A DNA stretch of 64,000 nt from an uncultured cyanobacterium (GCA_963718615.1 OY970368.1:2848001-2912000), one strand, 5' to 3'; shown: positions 10,719 through 22,046, counted from the first letter of the stretch. Program-made: numbers and translations. Notes: generated by a model from the letters alone, not told the origin.

Positions 10719-11300
10719 TTGACTGTGCGTGCCATTTATCCCGGTAGCTTTGATCCCATCACCTTGGGACATCTCGACATTATCGAGCGAGGTTGTCGGC
10801 TATTTGAGCAGGTCACCGTCGCCGTTTTGCAAAACCCCAACAAATCCCCTTTGTTTACGGTTGCAGAACGCATTGAGCTCATTTGTGAAGCCACACCCCA
10901 TCTGACCAATGTCAGTGTAACGGCCTTCGATGGATTGACGGTGAACTTTGCTCGGATGTGCAATGCCCAAGTGATTTTAAGGGGTCTGCGAGTCCTCTCA
11001 GATTTTGAGATGGAATTGCAAATGGCCCATACAAATAAAACTTTGGCAGAGAATGTGGAAACTGTTTTCTTAGCTACGTCAAACGAATATAGTTTCCTAA
11101 GTAGCAGTGTGGTTAAAGAAGTGGCCCGTTTTGGTGGCTCTGTTGATCACCTTGTCCCTGCCCACGTTGCCCAACACATATACAGCCGATGCTGCGCCCT
11201 CAAGCCCCCAGTTCTACCCACTCAGACCCTAATCTCCAAGCCGTTAACGGACTTGAGCAGTTCGACGGAGTCGACATCCAACAAGAGCTCAACGCCCTAG
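10719..11300 (+). CDS. coaD: Pantetheine-phosphate adenylyltransferase
   Basis: [38 protein letters not shown]. Confidence 0.96.
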   Translation: MTVRAIYPGSFDPITLGHLDIIERGCRLFEQVTVAVLQNPNKSPLFTVAERIELICEATPHLTNVSVTAFDGLTVNFARMCNAQVILRGLRVLSDFEMELQMAHTNKTLAENVETVFLATSNEYSFLSSSVVKEVARFGGSVDHLVPAHVAQHIYSRCCALKPPVLPTQTLISKPLTDLSSSTESTSNKSSTP

Positions 11301-11815
11301 AGGAAATGGTGTTAGACAGTCCCCGCTTGCCCCTGACGGGTAAGACGCTGGTGGACGAAGAGCAGCTTCTGGATCAGCTCGATATGGTTCGGCTGAATTT
11401 GCCGACGGCGTTTCAACTGGCCCAGGAAGTCATCGCGCGGCGAGATGAAATCATTAAAGAAGCCGAAAATTATGGGCGGCAAATTCTAGCGACCGCCGAA
11501 GCACGGGCTGCAGACTTGACCGATGAGCTCGGCATTATTCGCCAAGCGGAGCTGGAGTCTCAGCAGGTTCGCCAGCAGTTGCAGCAGGAGTGTGATGCAC
11601 TGCGGGAGCAGGTTTTGACCGAGGTAGAGCAAATCCGCAAACAGGCTAAGCTCGAATTAGACGAGATGCGTCAAGAGGCGCTAGTCGAACGGGATGAAAT
11701 CCAACAGGGCGCGGATGAATATGCTGATAGGGTCCTGGCGGATATGGAGCAGCGGCTCAACGAAATGATGCGGATCATCCGCAATGGCCGCAAGCAATTA
11801 CACAACCCCGAGTAG
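11189..11815 (+). CDS. cdv3: DivIVA-like cell division protein Cdv3
   Basis: [29 protein letters not shown] followed by a coiled coil and GADEYAD.VL; downstream of coaD as is usual in cyanobacteria. Confidence 0.8.
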   Translation: MLRPQAPSSTHSDPNLQAVNGLEQFDGVDIQQELNALEEMVLDSPRLPLTGKTLVDEEQLLDQLDMVRLNLPTAFQLAQEVIARRDEIIKEAENYGRQILATAEARAADLTDELGIIRQAELESQQVRQQLQQECDALREQVLTEVEQIRKQAKLELDEMRQEALVERDEIQQGADEYADRVLADMEQRLNEMMRIIRNGRKQLHNPE

Positions 11816-11843
11816 GGACGAACCGCGTTCGTCCTGGGTTTTT
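11816..11843 (+). terminator. Probable terminator hairpin after cdv3
   Basis: GGACGAAC-CGC-GTTCGTCC stem directly after the stop codon, followed by TGGGTTTTT. Confidence 0.5.
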
Positions 11844-11898
11844 GCATTCTGGGTTTTTGCGTCCTGGTTTTTTGTGTCTTGGGTTTTTGTGTCTTGGA
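11831..11898. repeat. 15-nt degenerate tandem repeat (~4.5 copies, approx. GTCYTGGGTTTTTGY)
   Basis: gtcctgggtttttgc/attctgggtttttgc/gtcctggttttttgt/gtcttgggtttttgt/gtcttgga. Confidence 0.8.
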
Positions 11899-11920
11899 TC
11901 ATTTTTTCTTCCTTCGGGTA

Positions 11921-13735
11921 TCAGTGAATCTCCAAATTAAACGGCAGCCTGGTATAAATTCCTCGGGGATCATTTAAATAACGGAGGGGAATGAGATCCT
12001 GCTGCAAAGCCTTCCATTCCTGATTAAACGGTGCGGGCAATGAGACCGATGCGGCCCGTTCGGGTTGGGGAAGTGCCGAGAAAATCTCTTCAAAGATGGC
12101 TTGCTCAAAACTACGCTGCCGGGGATATTCTTCGACCGTCCACTGATCCGGTTCGAGCTTGGCGAAGGAAGCCGCTTCGGCGATCGCAGCATCCAGTCCC
12201 CCCAACTCATCCACCAATCCTAAAGACTTAGCATTGATCCCCGACCAAACGCGACCTTCCGCAATCTTTGCCACCTCTGCCTTTGGCAGATTACGTCCCT
12301 TGGCCACCATGTCTAAAAACTGGTCATAAACGGCGTTTGCTGTTTTTTGCTGAATTGCCAATTCTGCCGGGGTTTTGGGGCGGGCGATCGTCTGGCTATT
12401 GGCAAAAGGCGCGGTTTGAATGGTATCCCAGGTAATGCCATTGCTATTGGCGATCTTTTGCACATTGGGCAGCAGACCGTAGGTCCCAATCGAGCCTGTA
12501 ATCGTGTTGGCCTGGGCAAAAATCTTTTTCGCTGGCGTCGAAACCCAATATCCACCGGACGCAGCATAATCCCCCATGGAAACCACCAAGGGCTTGTCTT
12601 GGGCCAAGAGCGTCAGCTCCCGCCCAATAGCGCTGGCGGCGGTGGCTCCGCCCCCTGGACTGTTGACTCGCAGGACCACTGCCTTGACTTCTTCAGTTTG
12701 ACGGACTTCTTGCAGCAGCTCTACAAGGGTGTCGCTGGCCGCCACGCTGAAATTGCCCTCACCGCTGACAATCTCGCCTTCCAAGTAAACAATCGCAATT
12801 TGGTTGTCACTCTTGCCTTTGCTGTCTCCGTTCTGATCCTGAGCGATGTTGCTATATTCCTCCACCGAAAGTTGACGGAAGGGCTCATCCTCTGGCCCAC
12901 CGGTCAAGGCTTTGAGTTTGGTGTCAATTTCATCGGAATAGCTGACCTGGTCCATCAGCTTTTGCGCCAAGGCTTCGGGAGCCGTTAAGAGCGCGCGCTG
13001 AGTGGCGATCGCCTGCAATTGCTTGGCATCCACCGGGCGATACTCTGCCGTTTTTTGCAGAAATGTCCCCCACAAACTGCCCAGCAGGGTTTCGGTTTGC
13101 TGACGATTGGCGGGGCTAAAGGATTTATTGAGATAGGGTTCGACCGCTGACTTAAATTGGCCAACGCGCACCACCTGCATTCCCAAACCAAATTTTTCTA
13201 GGGCTCCCGCATAGAACCGCACCTCGGCACTAAAGCCATTGAGGGTGAGGCTGCCGATGGGATCAATGGCTAAATGATCCGCCACGGAACCGAGAAAATA
13301 TTCCGGTTCGCTCCAGTCTGAATCGTAGGCGTAGACGGGCTTTCCGGCTTTCCGAAAGATTTTGATCGCGTCCCGAATCTCCGTGAGTGAGGCGTAGCCA
13401 TTGGCGGGAGGGCGATCGCTGCCCTGGAGATAGAGCGCCACAATCTTGTCATCCTTTGCCGCCGCCGTCAGGGTTTGGACGAGCGATCGCAAACTCGTTC
13501 CTCCACTACTGCTCGAAAAGGGATCACCAAACCCTAGACTGCTGCCACTGGGCGCACTGTCCGTCACAGGCAGGGACAGGTCATAGACCAAAACACTCTT
13601 TTTCCGGACCTTGGGTGCGCTCTGTTCGGGCTTTGCAGCCGTAAACACAAGCAGGGCTAACCCACCGGCTCCCAGCGCTGTAAAGAGAATTAAGCCCACC
13701 AGCGTGGCGAGGACGGTGCGAAGAAACTTGAGCAT
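11921..13735 (-). CDS. sppA: Signal peptide peptidase SppA, 67K type
   Basis: N-terminal TM helix, two S49 domains, VLRVNSPGG, VVSMGDYAASGGYW, ITGSIG. Confidence 0.95.
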   Translation of the reverse strand: MLKFLRTVLATLVGLILFTALGAGGLALLVFTAAKPEQSAPKVRKKSVLVYDLSLPVTDSAPSGSSLGFGDPFSSSSGGTSLRSLVQTLTAAAKDDKIVALYLQGSDRPPANGYASLTEIRDAIKIFRKAGKPVYAYDSDWSEPEYFLGSVADHLAIDPIGSLTLNGFSAEVRFYAGALEKFGLGMQVVRVGQFKSAVEPYLNKSFSPANRQQTETLLGSLWGTFLQKTAEYRPVDAKQLQAIATQRALLTAPEALAQKLMDQVSYSDEIDTKLKALTGGPEDEPFRQLSVEEYSNIAQDQNGDSKGKSDNQIAIVYLEGEIVSGEGNFSVAASDTLVELLQEVRQTEEVKAVVLRVNSPGGGATAASAIGRELTLLAQDKPLVVSMGDYAASGGYWVSTPAKKIFAQANTITGSIGTYGLLPNVQKIANSNGITWDTIQTAPFANSQTIARPKTPAELAIQQKTANAVYDQFLDMVAKGRNLPKAEVAKIAEGRVWSGINAKSLGLVDELGGLDAAIAEAASFAKLEPDQWTVEEYPRQRSFEQAIFEEIFSALPQPERAASVSLPAPFNQEWKALQQDLIPLRYLNDPRGIYTRLPFNLEIH

Positions 13736-13860
13736 GCGGTAAGGGGAGAATTCTCAAAGGGGATACAGACTTCTCTCTATTCTAGAAATTTCCCGCCTCG
13801 ACTGAAAAATCCCCCAGGACCGCATGATTTTTCTTAACTCAGGGGTTGGACACCACAATC

Positions 13861-15192
13861 CTAGAGCGTGAGAGACTGGGGATTCGTCTCAATCAGCTCC
13901 GCCAGATCCTTCAGGAAGGCAGCAGCATCAGCTCCGTAGATAATCCGGTGGTCGCAGGTAATGTTGACCGTCATCTGACGGCGGACACCGAATAGACCGT
14001 TGTTGCTAGCGACCAGTTGGGGTTTAGAACCGCCGATCGCCAAAATCGACCCCTGACCCGGCGGCAAAATCGCATCGAATGTATCTACGCCAAACATGCC
14101 GAGGTTGGAGAGCGTAAACGTGCCGGTGCTATATTCGTCTGGCTTGAGCTGCTTCGTTCGGGCTCGTGCCACCAAATCCTGCCAATTGCGCGAGAGGGAA
14201 TAAAGATCCGTTTCATCGGCCCGCGCCAATACAGGCGTAATCAAGCCGCCATCGCCCATGGCCACTGCCACCGCAATATTGATGGCTGAACTATGCTGAA
14301 TTCCGTTAGGGTTATAGCTGGCGTTAACGACAGGGTGCTTCTTCAGCGTCACGGCCACGGCTTTCGCCAGCAAGGCAGTCATTGTCACCCCCTTGGGCTT
14401 GACCTGTTTGTAGAGGGCATCCAGGCCATCGGTCGTGATCGTGTAGGCAACGCGGAAAACCGGGACTTGCAGGCTGGCTTCCATGTTACGCACCACGGCC
14501 TGCTGCAGCGTATTGAAGGGCACGAGCTGACCCGGTGCTGCGGGGGCCGGGGGTGGGGTGGCCGGTGCGGCAGCTCTGGGAGCAGCAGCCGTGGCAGCAG
14601 CTATCGCAGTAACGGTAGCCGGAGCTGCCTTCACCCCTGCGCCGTTGCTAGCGGCAACTCCGGCTACCGCTTCCACATCGGCGGTCACAATGCGGCCATG
14701 GGGACCACTGCCCTGAATTCCGGCTAAATCAACGCCGAGGGACTTGGCCAGTTTGCGGGCCCGAGGGGAAACGATGGTGCGACCCTTGCGGGCCGGGACC
14801 GTTGTTGCTGCCGGGGCCGCTCCGGGTTCGGAGGCCGCTAAGCTCTGAGCCGCAGCCGCAGGGGCGGTACTGCTACTGGCTGCATTGCTGGAAGCGCTGC
14901 TGGACCCCTTGCTGAGACTGGCGGCTTGTTGTTTGGCGGTTTCGATTTCGGCTTCGGTTTCGGCAATCAGGGCGATCGCCTCCCCCACCGGAGCCGACGA
15001 TCCCGCAGGTACCACAATCGTGGCCAAATAGCCCTCATAGAAAGATTCGACATCCATGTCGGCCTTATCGGACTCGACAATCACCACCGTTTCCCCTTTC
15101 TCAACTTTGTCTCCAGGGGCCTTGACCCAATCCACAATTTTTCCCTCCGTCATCGTTGAGCTGAGGGCGGGCATAAAAATTTCATGAATCAT
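13861..15192 (-). CDS. pdhC: Pyruvate dehydrogenase E2, dihydrolipoamide acetyltransferase
   Basis: MIHEIFMPALSSTMTEGKIV start at 15192, lipoyl motif VESDKA, E3-binding SPRARKLA, catalytic DHRIIYG. Confidence 0.96.
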   Translation of the reverse strand: MIHEIFMPALSSTMTEGKIVDWVKAPGDKVEKGETVVIVESDKADMDVESFYEGYLATIVVPAGSSAPVGEAIALIAETEAEIETAKQQAASLSKGSSSASSNAASSSTAPAAAAQSLAASEPGAAPAATTVPARKGRTIVSPRARKLAKSLGVDLAGIQGSGPHGRIVTADVEAVAGVAASNGAGVKAAPATVTAIAAATAAAPRAAAPATPPPAPAAPGQLVPFNTLQQAVVRNMEASLQVPVFRVAYTITTDGLDALYKQVKPKGVTMTALLAKAVAVTLKKHPVVNASYNPNGIQHSSAINIAVAVAMGDGGLITPVLARADETDLYSLSRNWQDLVARARTKQLKPDEYSTGTFTLSNLGMFGVDTFDAILPPGQGSILAIGGSKPQLVASNNGLFGVRRQMTVNITCDHRIIYGADAAAFLKDLAELIETNPQSLTL

Positions 15193-15392
15193 GGGGAGCT
15201 GGTCCGAATCTTTCTTTTTGTAAAAATCCAAAGCAAATTGTATCTCGCGAGGGGGGTGCTTATCAGAATTGATGCTGACAAACCTCAATCTATTGTGGCT
15301 TACATTTCCCTTGTAACTTTCCTCACAGCATAGAAGGGAGCCTAGCCGTGCCAAGCTCCCTTCCTGAACCCCATGGAAATCAGAACCCTGGT

Positions 15393-15839
15393 TTAGAGCT
15401 CGCCCCGAATATCTTCCACAATGCCATCGCGAATGAGGACCTCGACTTGCATTTTCTTGATCAGGTTGTCCCCTTTCTGAAGATAGAAAAAGCTGTCCAC
15501 CTGACCTTGACTGACCTCCTGGTCCATCTCTAGCAATTGGACCTGCTGGAGCTGTTGCAGGATACGGTTTTTCTGTTCTAGCAGCTCGCTCTTGCGCTGA
15601 TTGAGCTGTCCTTGAATATTCTCGATTTGCTGTCGGACCTGAGGCCCCTCAGGATCGACACTTTGCTTCTGCACTTCTAGGATCATCCGCTGGGCTTGCA
15701 TATCCATCTGCTGGAGCTGGCCATCAAGCTGGTTGATTTGGTCTTGAAGCTGCTGCTGGGCTTCTTCTTTCCAGCGGGGAGTGACTATAGCTTTGACGTT
15801 AATCGTACGTTTGAGCTGTAGCTTGTTTGCCTCATCCAT
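15393..15839 (-). CDS. YlqD family protein
   Basis: LQLKRTINVKAIVTPRWKEE, coiled coil, C-terminal KMQVEVLIRDGIVEDIRG; start at MDEAN (15839). Confidence 0.85.
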   Translation of the reverse strand: MDEANKLQLKRTINVKAIVTPRWKEEAQQQLQDQINQLDGQLQQMDMQAQRMILEVQKQSVDPEGPQVRQQIENIQGQLNQRKSELLEQKNRILQQLQQVQLLEMDQEVSQGQVDSFFYLQKGDNLIKKMQVEVLIRDGIVEDIRGEL

Positions 15840-15867
15840 AAGTTTTTCTACTAAGAAAGGAGTGTAT

Positions 15868-17808
15868 CTACTTGAACATCTCGTCAATGATAGCCTGGTA
15901 GCGCTCTCTGACAAGGTTGCGCTTAACCTTGAGGGTTTGGGTGAGCATGCCATTCTCAATACTGAAAGGTTCTTGCAGTAATCGGAAGGTGGCAATGCGA
16001 TCATCAGGCCGGAATCCCGGTCGATTTTTGACCTCCCGGTTAAGCTCCTGACGAAGGAGGTCCTGAACTTCTTTCTGGTCTAAATTGTCACCATCCGCAA
16101 AGCCGTAGGGTAATTTTTTGTTGATGGACCAATTTTGCAACGCTTCTAGATTGGGAACCACGAGGGCACCTAAGGCTTTTTGATCTTGCCCGAGGAGCAT
16201 AATTTGATCCACATAGGGACTGCGAATACAGGCGTCTTCGATGGGCTGAGGTTCAATGTTTTCGCCGTTGGTCAGCACAATGGTGTCCTTAGCCCGCCCG
16301 GTGATGATCAAATCCTGGGCCTCCGTCAGTAATCCCAGATCTCCGGTATCAAACCAGCCCTGAGGGTCAATGGCCTTTTGGGTCGCTTCGGGGTTTTTAT
16401 AATAGCCCTGCATGACTTGGGCACCTCGAATCAGGACGAGACCTTGCTGACCGATGGGGAGGGGCGATCGCGTCTCCGGATTGACAATCACCACTTCGGT
16501 CTGGCCTAGGGGCTGACCATCGGCCCCCCGTAAATTGTGCCAGGGACGACGAACATTCGTAATGGGCGAAGTTTCCGTTAGACCATAGCCGCCCAAAATG
16601 TTGATTCCGACAATTTCAAAGAAATCTTCTAGGTGTTCGGCGATTGAACCGCCGCCGCTCACGACAAATTTAATTTTTCCGCCCAACCCCGCTCGGATTT
16701 TTTGGTAGACGAGGCGATCGCCCCCCTGATGAATCACCCAAAGAAAGGGCAACGTCAGTGCGGCTTTGAATTTTTGGCCCAGGGAGGGATTGAGATTTTC
16801 GAGATCCAAATGGCTCAGGGTTCGCTGGGCGCGGATGTAGCGATCGCTCTGGGTCAGGAAAAAATTCACCAGCTTCTGCTTGCTGGCGGGCTGGTCGCGA
16901 AACTGTTTTTGGATCCCCTCATAAATCGACTCCCATAGTCGCGGCACGCCGACCATGTACTGAGGCTGAAAGTCTTTCAGGTCCTTTTTGACGAAGCGAA
17001 TATTGGTATAAATCTGGGTGCAGCCCTGGGAAAAGATGAAATATTCAAACGTGCGTTCATAACAGTGCCAGATGGGCAAAATGCTCAGCACTTTCTCCCC
17101 GGCTGCTAGGCGCACGACAGAACAAGCTCCGGCAATTTGGGAGAGCAAGTTGCGGTGGCTGAGCATGACGCCCTTGGGCTGACCGGAGGTCCCCGAGGTG
17201 TACATCAGCGTGGCGACGTCATCTCGCCGACGGGGCACAAAACTGAGGGAATGACCTTGGCCCTGAGCCAGGATCTGGGGGAAATTGAGCAGCGTTAACC
17301 CTTCTGCCTCAACGGTTTCGTCGGACAGCAAAATCACAAAACGGGGCTGGAGGGCTTTGAGGTCAGGCAGGAGTTTTTTGAGGGTGGCTTGGTCCTGGAC
17401 AATTAGTGCCACACTGTCGCTATGGTCAAGGATATAGAGCAGCTCTTCGCGATCGCTCTGGGAGCCCCGCACCACATCCACTCCGCCAGCGGTCATAATT
17501 CCCTGATCAGCCACCAACCAGCGGGGACTATTGTCGGCAATCAGGGCGATATGTTCATCCGCTTGGAGCCCCAGGGATTGCAGTCCTGCCGCAAACTGCT
17601 GAATCAGTTGACACAGCTCCTGGTACGTAAATTTCAGGGCCGGGGTGCTGTGAGGATCGTCAACCGCGAGGGTCTGACCAAATCGCTGGGCGGCGATCGC
17701 CCAAATCTCAGGAATAGTCTGGATACTGTCGTAGTTCACCGAAGCAGCGAGATTGGCTTGCTCCTGAGGCGAAAGTTGGGTGCGGTCGATGAGTGCGGCA
17801 GAATTCAT
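15868..17808 (-). CDS. aas: Acyl-ACP synthetase / long-chain fatty acid-CoA ligase
   Basis: YTSGTSGQPKGV, GYGLTETSP, GWFDTGDLG, GRAKDTIVLTNGENIEP. Confidence 0.88.
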   Translation of the reverse strand: MNSAALIDRTQLSPQEQANLAASVNYDSIQTIPEIWAIAAQRFGQTLAVDDPHSTPALKFTYQELCQLIQQFAAGLQSLGLQADEHIALIADNSPRWLVADQGIMTAGGVDVVRGSQSDREELLYILDHSDSVALIVQDQATLKKLLPDLKALQPRFVILLSDETVEAEGLTLLNFPQILAQGQGHSLSFVPRRRDDVATLMYTSGTSGQPKGVMLSHRNLLSQIAGACSVVRLAAGEKVLSILPIWHCYERTFEYFIFSQGCTQIYTNIRFVKKDLKDFQPQYMVGVPRLWESIYEGIQKQFRDQPASKQKLVNFFLTQSDRYIRAQRTLSHLDLENLNPSLGQKFKAALTLPFLWVIHQGGDRLVYQKIRAGLGGKIKFVVSGGGSIAEHLEDFFEIVGINILGGYGLTETSPITNVRRPWHNLRGADGQPLGQTEVVIVNPETRSPLPIGQQGLVLIRGAQVMQGYYKNPEATQKAIDPQGWFDTGDLGLLTEAQDLIITGRAKDTIVLTNGENIEPQPIEDACIRSPYVDQIMLLGQDQKALGALVVPNLEALQNWSINKKLPYGFADGDNLDQKEVQDLLRQELNREVKNRPGFRPDDRIATFRLLQEPFSIENGMLTQTLKVKRNLVRERYQAIIDEMFK

Positions 17809-17984
17809 GATTCGGTTACTTCCCTTAACGACGTGGGCAATAGGCCCCTTGTAGTTTTGTGACCTCTAGTCTAAGCCTAGGTTGAGCAGACAGGGGCAGC
17901 GGGATGGGAAGGACAGATTTTGAGTTGGCTTAAGTTTCTGAACGCGGAATTCTGTGCGGAATTCTGATAGAGAAAAAAGCCCAT

Positions 17985-18014
17985 AAAAAAGCGAGTCGTA
18001 GCAATACGACTCGC
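17985..18014 (-). terminator. Rho-independent terminator of ftsH
   Basis: Perfect 10-bp stem GCGAGTCGTA-GCAA-TACGACTCGC with A6 on the left (U6 tail on the minus strand). Confidence 0.85.
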
Positions 18015-18082
18015 CTTGAGGCTATTGAAGGATTTGAGATGATCCAGCGTTCAAAGGGGCTGCCTGCGCCCGAACCTCGGGC

Positions 18083-19975
18083 CTAGAGCGCCGGAACAAA
18101 CCGCTCTTTTTCAGGCACTTCGATGTATTCTGCGACGATTTGGCGGAACTCTTCGCCGTCAATCGACTCTTTCTCGATCAGCAGATCCACGAGGCGATCG
18201 ATCACGACGCGGTTATCGCGAATGATCTGTAAGGTCTTTTCGTAGCACTCGCGGGCGATCGCCTGCACTTCCTCGTCAATCTTCGAAGCAATCCGCTCCG
18301 AATATTCGCTGCGATTGACCAAACCGCCGCCAATAAACACCTCTTGACTTTGGCTTTCCAAAGAGAGCAAGCCAAGCTTATCAGACATGCCAAACCGGGT
18401 CACCATTTGCCGCGCCATGCCGGTCACCTGCTGGAGATCATTGCCTGCCCCCGTGGTGACTTCGTCCTGGCCAAAGATCACCGCCTCAGCGGCCCGTCCG
18501 CCCAGGGCTCCCATAATCCGAGCAATCAACTGCGCCCGTGAAATTAGGCTTTGGTCCTCGCCCGGCGCAAACCAGGTGAGACCTTGGGCCTGACCGCGAG
18601 GAATCAACGTCACTTTCTGCACGGGGTCGTGGGCTTTGACCAATGTGCCGACAATGGCATGACCGACTTCATGGTAAGCAATCAGGCGCTTGCTCTTACC
18701 GTCGGTGAGGGGGGTGCCCTCCATCCCAGCAATAACGCGATCGACCGCATCATCAATTTCCAGCATTGTGATCGCTTCTTTACGGCGACGGGCCGTGAGA
18801 ATGGCCGCTTCATTGAGCAAATTAGACAGATCCGCGCCGCTAAAGCCCGGTGTCCGCCGTGCAATCTGGTCGAGGGAAATATCTTCCGCCAGCTTCTTGT
18901 TGCGGGCATGGACATTGAGAATTTCGAGACGACCCTTGATGTCGGGGGTATCGACGGTAACCTGGCGATCGAAACGGCCCGGACGCAGCAACGCCGAATC
19001 CAAGACATCAGGACGGTTGGTGGCCGCGATGATAATGATGCCGGTATTGCCCTCAAACCCATCCATCTCAGTCAAGAGCTGGTTGAGGGTCTGCTCCCGC
19101 TCGTCGTTGCCACCACCGATGCCCGCGCCCCGCTGACGACCCACTGCGTCAATCTCGTCGATAAAGATAATGCAAGGGGCATTTTCCTTGGCCTTCTTAA
19201 ACAGGTCACGCACCCGCGAGGCACCTACACCCACAAACATTTCGACAAACTCAGAACCCGAGATACTGAAGAACGGCGTGCCTGCTTCTCCGGCGATCGC
19301 CTTCGCCAGCAGGGTTTTACCCGTCCCCGGAGGACCCACCAACAGCACGCCCTTGGGAATCCGAGCCCCAACAGCTGTAAAGCGCTCAGGCTTTTTCAGG
19401 AACGTCACCACCTCTTGCAGCTCTTCCTTGGCTTCCTCAATCCCCGCGACGTCGTCAAACATCACGCCGGTCTTGGCTTCCATCTGAAACCGCGCCTTCG
19501 ATTTGCCAAAGTTCATCGCTTGGCCCGGTCCACCCGGCACATTGCCCGAGCGACGGAATAAGAAGAATAGCCCCGTAATCAGCAAAACGGGAAAAATCAG
19601 ATTGCTGAGCAGGCCCCAGAAGGCCCCGTCATTGCGAGCAGGGTGAATATCAAAATCTACCGACTCGTTCGTGAGCCGCCCAACCAACTCCGACGTATTT
19701 CCCGGCAAATCGACCCGCAGCCGCTGGGCCCGATTATCCAGTTCTGGATCCACTGCCTGGACGATCGCCGTCCGCCCCCCCTCATAGAGATCAACCGTGG
19801 TCACACGACCGGCATCGAGGTACTCCAAAAAGCGCCCGTAGGTCATGCGGGTGCTGGCAGTATTGTTCTGACTCATGGCGCTGCCCGACGGGATAGCACT
19901 GCCTTGCCAAAGGAAGAAGCCGATGAGTAGGAGTGGCACCGCCCAAAGCGCGATGACTTTCCAGGAAATTTTCAT
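18083..19975 (-). CDS. ftsH2: ATP-dependent zinc metalloprotease FtsH (FtsH2 type)
   Basis: [36 protein letters not shown] zinc motif, [11 protein letters not shown]. Confidence 0.93.
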   Translation of the reverse strand: MKISWKVIALWAVPLLLIGFFLWQGSAIPSGSAMSQNNTASTRMTYGRFLEYLDAGRVTTVDLYEGGRTAIVQAVDPELDNRAQRLRVDLPGNTSELVGRLTNESVDFDIHPARNDGAFWGLLSNLIFPVLLITGLFFLFRRSGNVPGGPGQAMNFGKSKARFQMEAKTGVMFDDVAGIEEAKEELQEVVTFLKKPERFTAVGARIPKGVLLVGPPGTGKTLLAKAIAGEAGTPFFSISGSEFVEMFVGVGASRVRDLFKKAKENAPCIIFIDEIDAVGRQRGAGIGGGNDEREQTLNQLLTEMDGFEGNTGIIIIAATNRPDVLDSALLRPGRFDRQVTVDTPDIKGRLEILNVHARNKKLAEDISLDQIARRTPGFSGADLSNLLNEAAILTARRRKEAITMLEIDDAVDRVIAGMEGTPLTDGKSKRLIAYHEVGHAIVGTLVKAHDPVQKVTLIPRGQAQGLTWFAPGEDQSLISRAQLIARIMGALGGRAAEAVIFGQDEVTTGAGNDLQQVTGMARQMVTRFGMSDKLGLLSLESQSQEVFIGGGLVNRSEYSERIASKIDEEVQAIARECYEKTLQIIRDNRVVIDRLVDLLIEKESIDGEEFRQIVAEYIEVPEKERFVPAL

Positions 19976-20419
19976 GGGGTGAGTCGCCTCAATATTCGGA
20001 AAACAGCAGATCGGGACATCGAAAACCGGTCTAAGAAGGAATTCACAAAAAGGGAGTGTTTACCCCAAAAGGAATTTATTAGAAGAATCTTTACTAAATT
20101 TAACGTATTCCCAGAAAGGTGAGCAACTGCGGCTTGGATTCCTTGTGTCTGAGGCCAAAGTCCTCAACATTTAGACTATAGAATCCAGACCATTGAGCGG
20201 GGAGCCTCTGGAAATATTACAGAATATAAAGATCGACCTCTAAAGGATCGAAACGGTCAAAGCCCTACGGGAGAGACGTTTCCAAGCGTAAATTGCGATG
20301 AAAGGCCCTGTGCCCTTTGGAATCAAAGCGATGAAGCGATCGCATTGATTCTGTATATGAGAGCATTGTCTGTATATTTCATTTATTGATGAGCGACTGT
20401 CGGGAGCCAATAAAATCTC

Positions 20420-20929
20420 ATGATTCTCAGAGGGTCTTTAATTAAGAAAGCTTTCTTGCTAACGCTCGCTGCGTTTTTATTCATTTTCCAGCTTGCAGTC
20501 GGCAATGCGACCGCTGCAGAACTTGATGCAGAGACTCGTACGGTAAAACTCAATCCTGATGGCGAAACGGTCACGTTAAATCTAAAGCAGGTGGTCAAGG
20601 GCCGTCGTCTGTTCGCAGCCGCCTGCGCCCAGTGCCACATCAACGGCATTACCAAAACGGACCCGAATGTGGGCTTGGATCCAGAAGCTTTGGCTTTAGC
20701 AACCCCTGCCCGCGACAACGTTGAAGCGCTAGTCGATTACCTTCAAAACCCGACAACCTATGACGGGGAAGAAGAAATTGCAGAGCGCCACCCCAGCATG
20801 AAGAGCACGGATATCTATCCGAAGATGCGGAATTTGAGCGACGATGATCTCTTTGAGATCGCCGGTCACGTTCTGCTTCAGCCCAAGGTGATGGGGGATA
20901 AGTGGGGTTCGGGTAAGACGAAATTCTAG
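20420..20929 (+). CDS. psbV: Photosystem II cytochrome c550
   Basis: Signal peptide, CAQCH heme motif, TKTDPNVGL, PTTYDG, DIYPKMRNL, KWGSGK. Confidence 0.95.
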   Translation: MILRGSLIKKAFLLTLAAFLFIFQLAVGNATAAELDAETRTVKLNPDGETVTLNLKQVVKGRRLFAAACAQCHINGITKTDPNVGLDPEALALATPARDNVEALVDYLQNPTTYDGEEEIAERHPSMKSTDIYPKMRNLSDDDLFEIAGHVLLQPKVMGDKWGSGKTKF

Positions 20930-21010
20930 GGGTTTGGAGGGATTGCTGAATGCTCCGTCCTAATGGCGGATCCCAGGATTCAGCGTCAGCCAACCCCAAT
21001 CAATGGCTAG

Positions 21011-21046
21011 AGGGTATGGATCAGGTCTTGATTCATGCCCTTTTTT
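21011..21046 (+). terminator. Rho-independent terminator after psbV
   Basis: AGGGTATGGATCA...TGATTCATGCCCT stem (with G-U pairs) followed by a T-run. Confidence 0.7.
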
Positions 21047-21195
21047 ATGTTTTTTGTTCAAATGGCGGTTCTCTAGGGTAGACAGGCCATACTAGAGCCA
21101 GGTTTTCAGTCGTTATCTGCTATCCCCAATTTGCTGACCCCAATCTGTTAACCCCAATCTGCTAAATTCACAATCCGCAGCTCGCTAAATTTAAG

Positions 21196-21990
21196 ATGGC
21201 AACGCAACAAGTTCCCCTCACTACTCTGCGGCAAATTCAGACCCACATACGTCAGGCCTTAGCATTACCACGCTTGGAAGACAGTCCCTGCACGGATCAA
21301 TCCAAGGTCCCTGCGAGTGTCTTGGCAGCGCCCCAAACCCTGAGTGACTTGGGCAATATTTTTCGGGTGCCGGGACAGGCGGAGCTGGGCGAGGCGGCCC
21401 CCAATGCCGAGGGCCGTTGGTTTGTGAGTTCTGTCAATCCAGGGGCAGCATTGCTCCAGCTCAAGGGCCTGTGGGTTAAAACCGGGTTTCGGCTGGTGCC
21501 CTATTTGCTGCGAACCCCAGATGGGGGTGTGGGTCACATCTGCGCGGTGCCAGAGATCAACAGCACGACCTTCGCACTCGAATCGGCCCTGGGGGAGGGG
21601 ACGGAATGGCATTATCCCCCTTTTCCCCAGGGCTCGCTGAATCAAACATTGTTGGCCCTGGAGGGCGATCGCTCCCCCCTTTCCTATGTAATCGCCTCTA
21701 TCTTTCGCCGAGAAATTAAAGAATTTGGCGCTACGGGCAAGGACCGCGAATGGAGTCAGCATCAACTGATTGCTTCACTCCCGACCCAGGTCCAGTGGCG
21801 CTGGAAGAATAGCCCCCCCCAGGACTTCCGAGCCAAGGTCAAAGTCCAGGAAAATGGGCAGGCAGCAGTGGAATTTTTTAGCTGTCGGACGATTAAGCCC
21901 TTCGCCATTTTTCACCATCTGGACCAGTACGACGCAGATAGCTATGTGGCGATGACGAAGGATCGGGCGATCGCCGTCGTGCAAAGTTAA
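21196..21990 (+). CDS. Hypothetical protein
   Basis: 264-aa ORF with host-like composition and a downstream terminator; no catalytic motif recognised. Confidence 0.7.
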   Translation: MATQQVPLTTLRQIQTHIRQALALPRLEDSPCTDQSKVPASVLAAPQTLSDLGNIFRVPGQAELGEAAPNAEGRWFVSSVNPGAALLQLKGLWVKTGFRLVPYLLRTPDGGVGHICAVPEINSTTFALESALGEGTEWHYPPFPQGSLNQTLLALEGDRSPLSYVIASIFRREIKEFGATGKDREWSQHQLIASLPTQVQWRWKNSPPQDFRAKVKVQENGQAAVEFFSCRTIKPFAIFHHLDQYDADSYVAMTKDRAIAVVQS

Positions 21991-22012
21991 CCAAAGTTAA
22001 TTTTAAACTAAT

Positions 22013-22046
22013 AAAGGGGGATATGACACCTGCATATCCCCCTTTT
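22013..22046. terminator. Bidirectional terminator between convergent genes
   Basis: AAAGGGGGATATG-ACACCTG-CATATCCCCCTTTT perfect inverted repeat. Confidence 0.8.

Noticed and set aside
11831-11898. Repeat cluster as a possible CRISPR array
   Set aside because: The units are contiguous 15-mers without unique spacers, and no cas genes are in the window.
15193-16004. N-terminal extensions of pdhC (to 15354) and the ylqD-like gene (to 16004) in the ORF track
   Set aside because: The family N-termini start at 15192 and 15839, and the ylqD extension overlaps aas.
18551-19561. 336-aa antisense ORF over ftsH, and similar shadow ORFs over sppA, lpdA, devB and others
   Set aside because: These are antisense shadows of well-conserved genes caused by codon bias, with no recognisable motifs.
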